Below are positions 38,814 to 47,829 of a stretch of 64,000 bases of DNA, piece by piece. The stretch spans positions 71,105 through 135,104 of the forward strand of contig JAJDTF010000099.1 of the NCBI GenBank assembly GCA_022827265.1, given 5' to 3'. The notes beneath the pieces are model-generated. The model searched no databases. It was not told the DNA's origin and worked only from the letters and a program-made list of their open reading frames with translations. Positions within the stretch are counted from its first letter, which is position 1. Each line of letters opens with the position of its first letter. This DNA comes from Acidimicrobiia bacterium. GTDB taxonomy: Bacteria; Actinomycetota; Acidimicrobiia; Acidimicrobiales; Poriferisodalaceae. Made by a program: the position numbers and the translations under genes.

Positions 38814-41800
38814 TCACAGCTCGGAGATTGCACCGACACTGATTGCCGATCCCTTGTCCGTTGGGTGGACCTGAATGCCAGTGCGGATGCGTTCGCGCAA
38901 CTCTGACACGTGGCTGATGAGGCCGACGGCACGACCGCCCTCGCGCAATCGGTCCAGTTCGTCCATCGCGAGTTGCAGAGCTTCGCTGTCGAGTGTCCCG
39001 AAGCCTTCATCGACGAAGAGAACGTCGAGATGCACACCGCCCCTGCGCTGAGTAACCACATCTGCGACGCCTAGCGCCAGTGACAGCGACGCTTGAAAGG
39101 TCTCGCCACCGGAGAGCGTTGACACTTCCCGCTCTGCTCCGGTGAAAGTGTCGTGGACACGCAAACCGAGGCCGGCCTGGGCGCCACGCCGTTCGCTCTC
39201 GCGGTGCGCGATGAGCCGGTATCGGCCACCAGTCATCGAGCTGAGCCGCCGGTTGGCGAACTCGCAGATCTGCTCCAGATAAGCCGACAGCACCCACCGC
39301 TGCAGCGACACCTTCGGTGGCAGCCGTCCGCTGCAACGGTCTGCGATGGCGGACCAGCTATTGGCGTCCGCGATGGCGTCGTTGTGCTTCGCGGTCGTGT
39401 TCCGATGCTTGTCAGCCCAATCGCTGATCGCCTTATGGGCATCCGCGGCGCGAGTGTGTTGTTCCCGTGCCGAGTTGGCCCGCTGTTCGGCGCCGTCGAC
39501 TGCGGCCTGCGCCGCTTCGGTGTCCGGACGCTCGTCGGGAAGGTCCTGCATCTCCTCGGCGCCGAGATCACGCTCGGTGTCGTAGGCCTCTTGTTTGTGG
39601 CGGTCCACTCTGTCGCGAAGCGCCGCTCGCTCGGACTCGCCGCGTAGCGCTGAACGAGCCTCCGCGACCGTCGCAAAGCAGGAGTCCTCGAGCTGCGCGG
39701 CGAGCGAGTCGGCCCAGGCGCCAAGCGCAGCGTGAGCCTCGTCACGATCATGGGCAACTTGTTGCACTTGGCCGAGAGACGCCTCGACGGCCTCGACATC
39801 GGCGACAGCGACATGCGGGTCGATCTCGCCGATCTCCTCGTGGATGGCGGCCCGCAATCTGGCCGCCTCGCGATCGGCAGCGCTAGCACGCTCTACCGCA
39901 GCATTCGCAGCAGTCTCAGCCTGCTTGGCAACCTTCTTGGCTTCGGAGGCAGCGCTCTTGTGGGCCGCAACTTCTTGCTGAAGTTCCTCGACGCGCTCGC
40001 CTTGCGAAAGGGCATCCTCCAGTTCAGTGGCGGCGTTCGCTGCTTGTTCGGCTGCAGCATCTGGGCTGTCAGCTATGTCGCCGGCTCGTCCTCGTGCTTC
40101 GTCACGCAGGGACTCAATCTTCCGGAGCGCTTTTTGTGCTTGGGCCTCCGAGTCGGCGGCCGAACGGGTCTCGGCCTCTGCTGCTTCGACTTCCTCGATC
40201 CGCACGGCATCAGCGGCCGCTTCAGCTGGATTCGGGTGGTCTGTAGAACCACACACCGGGCAGGGCGTCGCCGCTTCAAGCTCGCTCGCGAGGACGGCAG
40301 CGATGCCTTCGAGATATTGCGCTCGTAGATCGAGTTCTTGCTCCCGACGATCGAGTGCTGCTCGCTTGGCGTCCCGCGCCGCTTCATCCGCATTGCGAAG
40401 TTGAGGTTCCAACGACCGAAGTTCGACCGCCGCTTCAGAACGTGCTCGCGCATGGTCGGCGGCCGCTCTCAGTGCTGGAATCTGCTCGACGGCTGACACG
40501 GCTCTACGGAGTTCCTCGTCGGCGTCGGCGCACTGCTGCTCGTGCTCGCCGGCGGCCTCCTCTTGTTCGTTCTGTATCGCGCGCTGGCGGGCCGCCAGTG
40601 TCCCTTCGGTTGCCGAGTCTGACTCGTAATCGCTAGCTCGCGTGGCGTCCTTGCCCAGCTTGTCGAGCTGGGTCCGATGGGCAGCCAGGGACCTGCTCAT
40701 CGAGGCGAGTCGATCCTGCAGCGCCGGGTCGTCGCTGCCCGGCACGGCGATCCCTTCGGGAGTGCTCAGCGCGCCGGCCCACTTCTCGTGCAGTTCGGCG
40801 TGCCGTTCCGAGAGTTTGGCGGCTTGTTGTTGCAGTTGTGTCTGGCTGCTTTGCTCGCCATCAAGCAAGGGCCGCATGACCTCGGCAGTGTTCGCGAGCT
40901 CCAATACCGCCTCATCGTTGGCGATACTGGCTGCGGCTGCGTTGAGTTCCTCACGGCGCTCAACGAGTGCCCTTCGCTGATCCCAAAGCTCGGCAATTCG
41001 CCTGGCAACCTCGTCGGCAACGCGAGCAGTCCTGAGTTGGTCTTCGGCGGATACCTCGACGGTGGCAGCTTGGCCGACGAGTGCACGGGCTTGTTCCGTG
41101 AGATCATCGAACTGAGCTTGATCGGCAGGCCAGGATTCGTCGGCCAGGTCATCTGCGACTGCGTCGACGGGTGCTTGCTGGTCCGCCTCGTCGGCCGTCG
41201 CGGCTGGTTTGCCGAGCAGATCGTCGTCCTCGGCCGTCGGGCGCAGTTCCCTCCATCTGTCAGCGGCCCGGCTGCGAAGGTCGAGGAGTTCCTGTTCGAG
41301 GTTCGCTGCCTTCTCGCGACGTTGCTTGGCTTCTTCGTCCAGCCAGTTGACGGCCGACGCGAAGATCGACGTGTCGAACAGCGTGCGCAGCAGCTTCTCG
41401 CGGTCTTCGGACTTCGACCGAAGCACCTTCTCGAATCTCCCTTGTGGAAGGAGAACGACCTGCTGGAACTGCGAAGCGGTCAGGCCGAGCAGTCGAGCGA
41501 TTTCGTCGTTGACTTCGGTCAGATTTTGAGCCACCGGCCGCCAGCCGTCGCCTGCCTGCCGTTCGAGCGTGGCCCTGGGCTGGACCTTGGTGGTGCCCTC
41601 TCCGATCCTCTTGGCGCGTTCGTGCAACGGGCTGCGACTGATGCGCCAGCGTGCTTCGTGCGCCGTGAACTCGAGTTCGACACAGGGCGACGCTTCGGGC
41701 GCTGCGTGGTCTGACCGGAGGGAGTCATGGCGACGCTCTCCGGGCACCTCGCCGAACAATGCGAAGCACAGCGCGTCGAGCAGGAAGGTCTTGCCGGCGC

Positions 41801-41912
41801 CTGTGGGACCCCAGATCAAGAAGAGTCCGTCGACGACGAGCCGGTCGAAGTCGACTTCCACATCGCCGGGGTAGGGACCCAAGGCGGAGAACGCGAGCCG
41901 GTGCGGCCTCAC
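38814..41912 (-). CDS. sbcC: exonuclease SbcC (SMC-like ATPase)
   Basis: Walker A GPTGAGKTFLLDALCFALFG, a long coiled coil with zinc hook CPVCGS, signature LSGGETF and Walker B LFVDEGFG. The GTG start overlaps the sbcD stop (GTGA). Confidence 0.92.
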   Translation of the reverse strand: MRPHRLAFSALGPYPGDVEVDFDRLVVDGLFLIWGPTGAGKTFLLDALCFALFGEVPGERRHDSLRSDHAAPEASPCVELEFTAHEARWRISRSPLHERAKRIGEGTTKVQPRATLERQAGDGWRPVAQNLTEVNDEIARLLGLTASQFQQVVLLPQGRFEKVLRSKSEDREKLLRTLFDTSIFASAVNWLDEEAKQRREKAANLEQELLDLRSRAADRWRELRPTAEDDDLLGKPAATADEADQQAPVDAVADDLADESWPADQAQFDDLTEQARALVGQAATVEVSAEDQLRTARVADEVARRIAELWDQRRALVERREELNAAAASIANDEAVLELANTAEVMRPLLDGEQSSQTQLQQQAAKLSERHAELHEKWAGALSTPEGIAVPGSDDPALQDRLASMSRSLAAHRTQLDKLGKDATRASDYESDSATEGTLAARQRAIQNEQEEAAGEHEQQCADADEELRRAVSAVEQIPALRAAADHARARSEAAVELRSLEPQLRNADEAARDAKRAALDRREQELDLRAQYLEGIAAVLASELEAATPCPVCGSTDHPNPAEAAADAVRIEEVEAAEAETRSAADSEAQAQKALRKIESLRDEARGRAGDIADSPDAAAEQAANAATELEDALSQGERVEELQQEVAAHKSAASEAKKVAKQAETAANAAVERASAADREAARLRAAIHEEIGEIDPHVAVADVEAVEASLGQVQQVAHDRDEAHAALGAWADSLAAQLEDSCFATVAEARSALRGESERAALRDRVDRHKQEAYDTERDLGAEEMQDLPDERPDTEAAQAAVDGAEQRANSAREQHTRAADAHKAISDWADKHRNTTAKHNDAIADANSWSAIADRCSGRLPPKVSLQRWVLSAYLEQICEFANRRLSSMTGGRYRLIAHRESERRGAQAGLGLRVHDTFTGAEREVSTLSGGETFQASLSLALGVADVVTQRRGGVHLDVLFVDEGFGTLDSEALQLAMDELDRLREGGRAVGLISHVSELRERIRTGIQVHPTDKGSAISVGAISEL

Positions 41913-43246
41913 GCGTCGTTCTCGCCGGTTGCCGCTTGGAGCGCGGATGCCAGCACGTCTCGCTGCGCCACCGAGGCCTTGTCCCCGTGCTGGTCTTCCC
42001 AGAATCGCAGCGCGAGTTCGAGCGGGTGTTTCGAGTTCTCCACTGCTTCAGCCACGTCACCACCGCCGGGCGCCCTGCGACCGTCGGGAACGTGCTCGAG
42101 CACGGCGGCGTGCGGGAAGCGCCGTTGGATCTGCGCCATCGCCTGCAGGGGCAATTCGGAATCGGTGAGCCGCACCCGGACCCGGGCCCCCTCGGCGCCG
42201 GCGAACTCGGCGCTGTTGAGCAGGCTCTCGAGCCGGCCCCGCAACGTACGCAGCGGGCGGCCGACGTCCAGCGGGACAACCTCAGTGCTGCACTGGCCCT
42301 CGGCGTCCATCTCGATGATGCGCACCGACTTCGTGTCGTTCTCCTCGGAGAACGAGTAGGGGAGCGGGCTGCCGGAGTACGCGACGCGGCCATCGTCGAA
42401 GGCTTGGCTGCGGTGCAGGTGGCCCAGTGCCACATAGTCGAACCCGCCGAACACGTCTAGGCCCACCCTGTCGATGTTGCCGATGCTGAGATCGCGTTCG
42501 GAATCCGACGGCGTTGCCCCGTCGACGAAGGTGTGCGCCACCACGACGGTGCGAGTCGGACCACCGGCGGCCGCCGCCCGGCGGATCAGCGTTGTGGCGA
42601 GTTCCGTGACGTCGTGGTGGCTGGCGCGTCGAGGGCTGGCGCGTCGGGTTGTCTCGGCCTCGGGAGACTGCCGCCCGGCTAGCAGGGCGATGGCCGGGTG
42701 GTGGCGATCGGCTCGGCGAGACCCTGCTGTCCCTGCTCTTTCTGCCGCCTTTGCCTCTGTTTCCGCAGCCTCTGCTTGCGCGGCGTCTGCCGCCTCAGCG
42801 TCTCCGCCGAGTTGGTCGAGGTGCTGGCGGGCCAGCAACGGCTCGAGGTAGGGCACCGGAAAGACGCTGACGGATGGCCCGCCGTCGTCGGGATCGAGTT
42901 TCAGCGGTTCGACGCACCGGGAGATATCGCCGCGCACGACGACACCGGCCTGTTCGAGCACCCGATCTGCGACGGCGACGCGAGACGGTGAATCGTGATT
43001 GCCGACGATCGCGACAACCTGCGCGCCGGTCCCGTGCAGCCGCACCAGCGCCTCATCGAAGAGTTGTACGGCATCGGTTGGCGGGATCGCCCGGTCGTAC
43101 AAATCGCCCGCGATCACGACTAGGTCGATTCTCTCGCTATTGGCCAGTTCGACAACCCGGCCGATCACCTCTTCCTGCTCGCGCATGAGCGACGCGCCGT
43201 GGAAGCTGCGACCCAGGTGCCAATCGGACGTGTGCAGGATGCGCAC
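41909..43246 (-). CDS. sbcD: exonuclease SbcD (Mre11-type phosphoesterase)
   Basis: VRILHTSDWHLG (GTG start at 43246), VIAGDLYDR and GNHDS. The track ORF's 45-aa N-terminal extension is antisense read-through of the NUDIX relic. Confidence 0.9.
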   Translation of the reverse strand: MRILHTSDWHLGRSFHGASLMREQEEVIGRVVELANSERIDLVVIAGDLYDRAIPPTDAVQLFDEALVRLHGTGAQVVAIVGNHDSPSRVAVADRVLEQAGVVVRGDISRCVEPLKLDPDDGGPSVSVFPVPYLEPLLARQHLDQLGGDAEAADAAQAEAAETEAKAAERAGTAGSRRADRHHPAIALLAGRQSPEAETTRRASPRRASHHDVTELATTLIRRAAAAGGPTRTVVVAHTFVDGATPSDSERDLSIGNIDRVGLDVFGGFDYVALGHLHRSQAFDDGRVAYSGSPLPYSFSEENDTKSVRIIEMDAEGQCSTEVVPLDVGRPLRTLRGRLESLLNSAEFAGAEGARVRVRLTDSELPLQAMAQIQRRFPHAAVLEHVPDGRRAPGGGDVAEAVENSKHPLELALRFWEDQHGDKASVAQRDVLASALQAATGENDA

Positions 43247-43339
43247 GGCCGCAGAGTACCGAGGGGCTGTGACGGGGAACCCGGAGATTTGAGACTCTTC
43301 GGCGTCGAGATGATGCACGACCCGATGTTCCGAGGTACG

Positions 43340-43431
43340 ACGCTGCGGATGCTGCAAGACCTGTTCACCCGCGCCGGCCACCCCCTCCCGATCCAGTTCA
43401 GCCCATCCAGCTGAGCAAGCCCCGTCGCTGC
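43340..43431. repeat. direct repeat copy 2 (displaced relic of the NUDIX 3' end)
   Basis: It encodes TLRMLQDLFTRAGHPLPIQFSPSS-stop with no upstream NUDIX body. The 71-aa track ORF 43199..43414 is this relic. Confidence 0.92.
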
Positions 43432-43508
43432 AGCCATGCGTTCGTTATGGTCCCCACACTGCGGCTGGCGCGACCCATGCCTGCCCGTTGGTGTCAAGGG
43501 GATGAGAC

Positions 43509-44363
43509 ATGAGCGCTGATTTCGAGTTGGAGCTGCTGAGTTCGGGGTGGGGCCTGATCGAGGGTCCTCGGGTGGATGAGCACGACAACCTCTATTTCTC
43601 CGATGTGCCCAACGGTGGCGTGCGTCGGCGCAAGCCTGATGGCGAGATCGAAGTGGTGGTGCCGAAGCGGCGCGGCGTGGGCGGCATGGTGCTGCACGCC
43701 GACGGCGGCGTGGTGGTGAGCGGTCGCAACATCCAGCACGTCACCGACGCCGGCTCGGAAGTGCTGTTCGCTCCCGATGTTGCCGGATTCAACGACATGC
43801 ACACCGACTCGCTGGGACGCGTGTACGTCGGCTCGCTGCGGCGTAACCCGTTCGACCTGTCGTCACCGGATGAGGCTGGCGAGCTGTATCGCATCAACCT
43901 CGACGGCACTGCCGACGAGGTGTATGGCGACGTGCAGCTCACAAACGGCATCGGCTTCTCGCCCGACGGATCGCGGCTGTATCACTCCGACAGCATCCCG
44001 GGCCGGGTGTGGGTGTCTGATGTCGACGGCGATTCGGTGACCAACCGCCGGGAGTTCGTGCGAGAAGGCAAGGTGCCTGACGGCCTTGCCGTGGATGTCG
44101 AAGGCGGCGTGTGGGTCGCGCTGGCCGAAGGCGCACGCGTGCAGCGCTACACGCCCGACGGCGAACCCGATCTCGCCGTGCCGGTTCCCGACCAGTTCGT
44201 CACCAGCGTCTGCTTCGGCGGCGCCGACATGCGCGACCTCTACATCGTGACTGCCGGGGCGTCGGACGGCGGCGGCACGTCGGGCGGCGGGTGCATCTTC
44301 CGCACTCGTGCTCCCGTTGCCGGCGTCCCGACCCCGCTGGCTCGGGTGCGCCTCGGCGGATGA
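43509..44363 (+). CDS. SMP-30/gluconolactonase/LRE family protein
   Basis: EGPRVDEHDNLYFSD, FNDMHTDSLGRVYVG, TNGIGFSPDGSRLYHSD, PDGLAVDVEGGVWVA and TSVCFGG. Confidence 0.85.
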   Translation: MSADFELELLSSGWGLIEGPRVDEHDNLYFSDVPNGGVRRRKPDGEIEVVVPKRRGVGGMVLHADGGVVVSGRNIQHVTDAGSEVLFAPDVAGFNDMHTDSLGRVYVGSLRRNPFDLSSPDEAGELYRINLDGTADEVYGDVQLTNGIGFSPDGSRLYHSDSIPGRVWVSDVDGDSVTNRREFVREGKVPDGLAVDVEGGVWVALAEGARVQRYTPDGEPDLAVPVPDQFVTSVCFGGADMRDLYIVTAGASDGGGTSGGGCIFRTRAPVAGVPTPLARVRLGG

Positions 44364-44493
44364 CGAGTTGTCCCGCGACACCCGCAGTGCGCCTGCGACT
44401 GCCTGACCGGCCGATACTTGAGGCACAGGGCGAGCCGCATGGCGTTCATCCGGTGCACGCTGACGCCGAGACGTGACCGGTCAGACTGAGAGC

Positions 44494-45273
44494 ATGAGCA
44501 ACATCTTCCGCTGGTCCTACGGCGCGCATGATGCGCCGGTGCTGCTGTGCCTGCACGGCATCGGTTCGTGTGCGGATGCGTTCTTGGGTCAGCGCCCGCT
44601 CGCCGAACGCCTGGGCATGCGGCTCGTGGCGTGGGACGCTCCCGGCTACCGCTATTCGGCCGATCCTGCCGATGCCCCCGGCATCGACGGCTGGGCTGAT
44701 GCGGCAGCGTCACTGATCTCTGCCGAATCAGACGGCCCGGTCGCGGTGCTGGGCGTCTCGTGGGGCGGCGTGACCGCGACGCGGTTGGTGCTGCGGCACC
44801 CCGATCTGGTCTCGGCGCTGATTCTGGCCGATTCCAGCGCCGGTGCCGGCACGAAACCCGAGCAGGCCGAAACCATGCGCGCACGGGCGATCGACTTCGT
44901 CGACCTCGGCCCCGAGGGTTTCGCCGCGGCCCGGGCGCAGCGGCTGGTCAGCCCTGACGCCTCCGACGAGCTGCGGTCTCACGTGGCCGACATGATGATT
45001 CCGTCCATCCGCATGCCCTGCTACCAGTGGGCCTGCGACTCGATGGCAGAGTCGAACCACTACCCAGACCTCGAGCGCATCGCTGCGCCGACGCTGGTGG
45101 TAGTCGGCGAGCACGACGAGGTCACCCCGCCCCGCACGTCACAGCGGCTCGCCGAGGGAATACCGGGCGCCCGCTACAGGGAGATCGCCGACGCAGGCCA
45201 CCTCGCCAACCAAGAACAGCCCGACGCATTCAACGACGTCATCGCCGACTTCCTGGCACGCGTGACCGGATAG
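44494..45273 (+). CDS. alpha/beta hydrolase
   Basis: LLCLHGIG, nucleophile elbow GVSWGG, and a distal D...H (IADAGHL). ATG at 44494 preferred over GTG at 44473. Confidence 0.85.
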   Translation: MSNIFRWSYGAHDAPVLLCLHGIGSCADAFLGQRPLAERLGMRLVAWDAPGYRYSADPADAPGIDGWADAAASLISAESDGPVAVLGVSWGGVTATRLVLRHPDLVSALILADSSAGAGTKPEQAETMRARAIDFVDLGPEGFAAARAQRLVSPDASDELRSHVADMMIPSIRMPCYQWACDSMAESNHYPDLERIAAPTLVVVGEHDEVTPPRTSQRLAEGIPGARYREIADAGHLANQEQPDAFNDVIADFLARVTG

Positions 45274-45295
45274 GCACAGGCGCAGTAGCAGCGGA

Positions 45296-45358
45296 GCCGG
45301 CAGGACCCTCTGCCACGTTGCGACCTGCCGGATCGTGGGAGCAGAGAGTCCTGCCGGC
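45296..45358. terminator. inverted repeat between convergent genes (gccggcaggac / gtcctgccggc; also an internal cctgccgg at 45324-45331)
   Basis: 11-bp arms at 45296-45306 and 45348-45358. An alternative 8-bp hairpin can form with the internal copy. Confidence 0.35.
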
Positions 45359-45377
45359 CCTGCTGCGGTCTCGCGAA

Positions 45378-46157
45378 CTAGCGGGGAGGAAGCCGGATGC
45401 CGCCGTCGACGCGGATCACCTCGCCGTTCATGTACGGGTTGGTGATGCACTCCATCACCATGAAGGCCAGCTCCTCGCCGTGGCCCAGACGCTTGGGAAA
45501 CAGCACGCTCTGGCCCAAGTGCGCCTTGAACTGATCTGACTGCTCGCCTTCGCCGTAGATCGGCGTGTCGATGAGGCCCGGCGCGATCGTGTTGACGCGG
45601 ATGCCGGTGGCGGACAGGTCACGGGCGATCGGCAGGGTCATTCCCACCACGCCGCCCTTGGACGCAGAGTAGGCGGCTTGGCCGATCTGGCCGTCGAAGG
45701 CCGCGACGGAAGCCATGTTGACCACGGCCCCACGGGATCCGTCTTCGTCGGCAGGCTCGGTCTTGGCCATCGCCGACGCCGCCTGCGCCAGCATGTTGAA
45801 CGAGCCGATCAGGTTCACGTTGATCACGAAGCGGAACTGCTCGAGGTCCATCGGCACGTTGTTGCGATCGATGGTGCGACCGGCACGGCCCAGCCCGGCC
45901 GAGTTGACCAGCGCCCGCAGCGGGCCCATCTCCGAGGCCGCATCCACTGCGGCACTCGCGTCATCGATGTCGGTGACGTTGCATCGGACGAACAGACCGC
46001 CGACCGATGAGGCCACCTCGGCGCCGAGGTCGTCTTGCAGGTCGGCAATGACGACATGGGCTCCGGCATCGGCAAGCTGGCGGGCGCTGGCCTCGCCGAT
46101 GCCCGACGCTCCGCCGGTGACGATGGCTGATGCTCCGCTGAGATCAAGTCGCGGCAT
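45378..46157 (-). CDS. SDR family oxidoreductase (3-hydroxyacyl-CoA dehydrogenase type II-like)
   Basis: VTGGASGIGEA, NSAG and YSASKGGVVGMT. Confidence 0.9.
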   Translation of the reverse strand: MPRLDLSGASAIVTGGASGIGEASARQLADAGAHVVIADLQDDLGAEVASSVGGLFVRCNVTDIDDASAAVDAASEMGPLRALVNSAGLGRAGRTIDRNNVPMDLEQFRFVINVNLIGSFNMLAQAASAMAKTEPADEDGSRGAVVNMASVAAFDGQIGQAAYSASKGGVVGMTLPIARDLSATGIRVNTIAPGLIDTPIYGEGEQSDQFKAHLGQSVLFPKRLGHGEELAFMVMECITNPYMNGEVIRVDGGIRLPPR

Positions 46158-46404
46158 GTGGACAACCTCCTGGTTGGACTGCGCTGGCTTGGTTTGCTTC
46201 GGCCGCAGGCGAAGGACAGGCGCAGCCGCCAGCGCTACACCTGAGTCGGATTGACGCTAGCGCTGCATCTGCGCCCGTTCGCGGCGTCGCACGTCTCGGC
46301 GGAGCAACGTCGCTGAAGGCGGTCTCAACAGCCTGAACACACCCGTTTGCCCGCGCGGCCGAACCGCTAGCGTCGGCAGTCGGCTGTCCGAAGGGGCCAG
46401 AGGG

Positions 46405-47718
46405 ATGACGGAATCACGGGCGACGACGGCGCCCGATGGGCAGGCCCGGCCCGCTGAAGGCAGCAATGACCGCAGCGGGGTGATCTCGAAGTCCGAGCCC
46501 CGCAAACGCGTCACGACCTTCGCCGCGCTGAGCGTCCCGGCCTTTCGGGCGTTGTGGCTCAGCGGCGTGTTCTCGTTCATGAGCATCCAGATGCAATTCC
46601 TGCTGCGCGGCTGGCTGGCGTGGGAGCTCACCGAGAGCGAGAGCGCACTGGGCATCGTCATGTTCACCTTCGGTGTGACATTGCTGGTGTCCACGCCGCT
46701 GGGGGGCGTGGCGGCTGATCGGCTCCCGAAACGCCCCTTGCTGCTGGTCGGCCAACTGATCCTGCTGCTGACGGCGGTCGGCATGGGCACCGCGCTCGCA
46801 ACCGGCGTCGTCGCATTCTGGATGCTCGCACTGTCGAGTTCGCTGCAAGGGCTGATGTTCGGCCTGATCGGTCCGGCGCGCATTTCGATGACCGGCGATC
46901 TCGTCGGGCGGGACCGCATGGGCAACGCGATCACGCTCTCGTCGCTGTCGCTGAGCGGCAGCCGAGTGTTTGCGCCGTCGATAGCCGGCCTGCTGGCCGG
47001 CTGGGCACTTGTGGGACTTGCCGGCACGTATTTCGTGTCCTCGGTCTTGGCAACGCTGAGCCTTCTGCTGTTGCTTCCTCTGCCACGCTCGGCTGGCGGC
47101 GGCGACAACGGGGCGCTTGCCCCGTCCGTTCGCCCCAATCCGCTTGTGGAGATCCGCCAAGGCGTGCGCTACGCCATGGCGCGCCGCAAACTGCGCAGAA
47201 CCATCCTCGTCTCGCTCATCGTCATGATGTTCGGCTTCAACTACGTCGCGTTCATGCCTGCGTTCGTCGAGGGCGAGTTCGATCTCGGCGTGCTGCATGT
47301 CGGGCTGATTTCGAGCGTCGGAGCGCTGGGTGCAGTCGCCGCCGCCGTGCTGCTGGCCAGCCGTGCCGACGGACCCCACGCTGGCGTCTTGCTCGTCGCT
47401 TTCGGCTTCGGCTTCGGCGCAACCGTCGTCGTGCTTGCCGTCATGCCCAGTTTCTGGCTCGCGGCCGTGGTGTCGCTGGGCGTCGGCGCCGCTTCGACCG
47501 GATTCATGTCGCTGACCCAGACGCTTGCCATGCGTGCAAGCGATGACGAACATCAAGGCCGAGTGCAGTCGCTTGTGCAGTTGCCGTTTGCAGGGTTCGC
47601 GATTGTGGCCTGGCCTCTGGGCGGTCTCGCAGAGGCGATCAATGTCCGCACGGCGCTGGCCATCATGGGCATTCTGGTGATTGTCGCGATGGCCGTGTTT
47701 CTCGTGACCGACGAGTAG
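46405..47718 (+). CDS. MFS transporter
   Basis: About 12 TM helices. GGVAADRLPKRPLL (MFS motif A-like). Confidence 0.9.
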   Translation: MTESRATTAPDGQARPAEGSNDRSGVISKSEPRKRVTTFAALSVPAFRALWLSGVFSFMSIQMQFLLRGWLAWELTESESALGIVMFTFGVTLLVSTPLGGVAADRLPKRPLLLVGQLILLLTAVGMGTALATGVVAFWMLALSSSLQGLMFGLIGPARISMTGDLVGRDRMGNAITLSSLSLSGSRVFAPSIAGLLAGWALVGLAGTYFVSSVLATLSLLLLLPLPRSAGGGDNGALAPSVRPNPLVEIRQGVRYAMARRKLRRTILVSLIVMMFGFNYVAFMPAFVEGEFDLGVLHVGLISSVGALGAVAAAVLLASRADGPHAGVLLVAFGFGFGATVVVLAVMPSFWLAAVVSLGVGAASTGFMSLTQTLAMRASDDEHQGRVQSLVQLPFAGFAIVAWPLGGLAEAINVRTALAIMGILVIVAMAVFLVTDE

Positions 47719-47805
47719 GTCGACCGTCGCGCTAATGCTGCGCGATGACGCCGTGACGACCGGTGCCGCTCTCCTGACGCGACGCTCATCTGCGTACTTG
47801 TCGTG

Positions 47806-47825
47806 CTCGGGCCGATCTGCCCGAG
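47806..47825. terminator. hairpin ctcgggc-cgatct-gcccgag between the convergent MFS and polymerase genes
   Basis: Perfect 7-bp GC-rich stem, 4 nt from the polymerase stop codon. Confidence 0.5.
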
Positions 47826-47829
47826 AAGC

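Larger units (their letters stand above)
36936..43339. mobile_element. about 6.4-kb segment (DUF222-HNH, sbcC, sbcD) bounded by direct repeats of the NUDIX gene 3' end; no integrase
   Basis: Flanking about 90-bp direct repeats. There is an AT-rich leader at the left end. The HNH/DUF222 protein is the only mobility-associated gene. Confidence 0.45.

Noticed and set aside
42600-42860. Ala/Glu/Arg-rich stretch inside SbcD as a possible insertion or separate ORF.
   Set aside because: The reading frame is continuous with the conserved Mre11-type motifs on both sides. I cannot establish from memory that the spacing is abnormal, so it is not reported as a finding.
36936-43339. Prophage or ICE interpretation of the repeat-bounded block, and likewise of the 50.4-64 kb island.
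   Set aside because: I recognised no integrase, relaxase, capsid, terminase or portal genes in the window. I keep only the weaker call of an inserted segment or defence island.
43199-43414. 71-aa ORF ending ...TLRMLQDLFTRAGHPLPIQFSPSS.
   Set aside because: This is not an independent gene. Its C-terminus is the displaced copy of the NUDIX 3' end, and the upstream part is antisense to the sbcD start region.
46257-47138. 293-aa minus-strand ORF overlapping the MFS transporter.
   Set aside because: It is antisense to a 12-TM MFS gene with good start context, and its translation is Ser/Pro/Arg-rich with no motifs.
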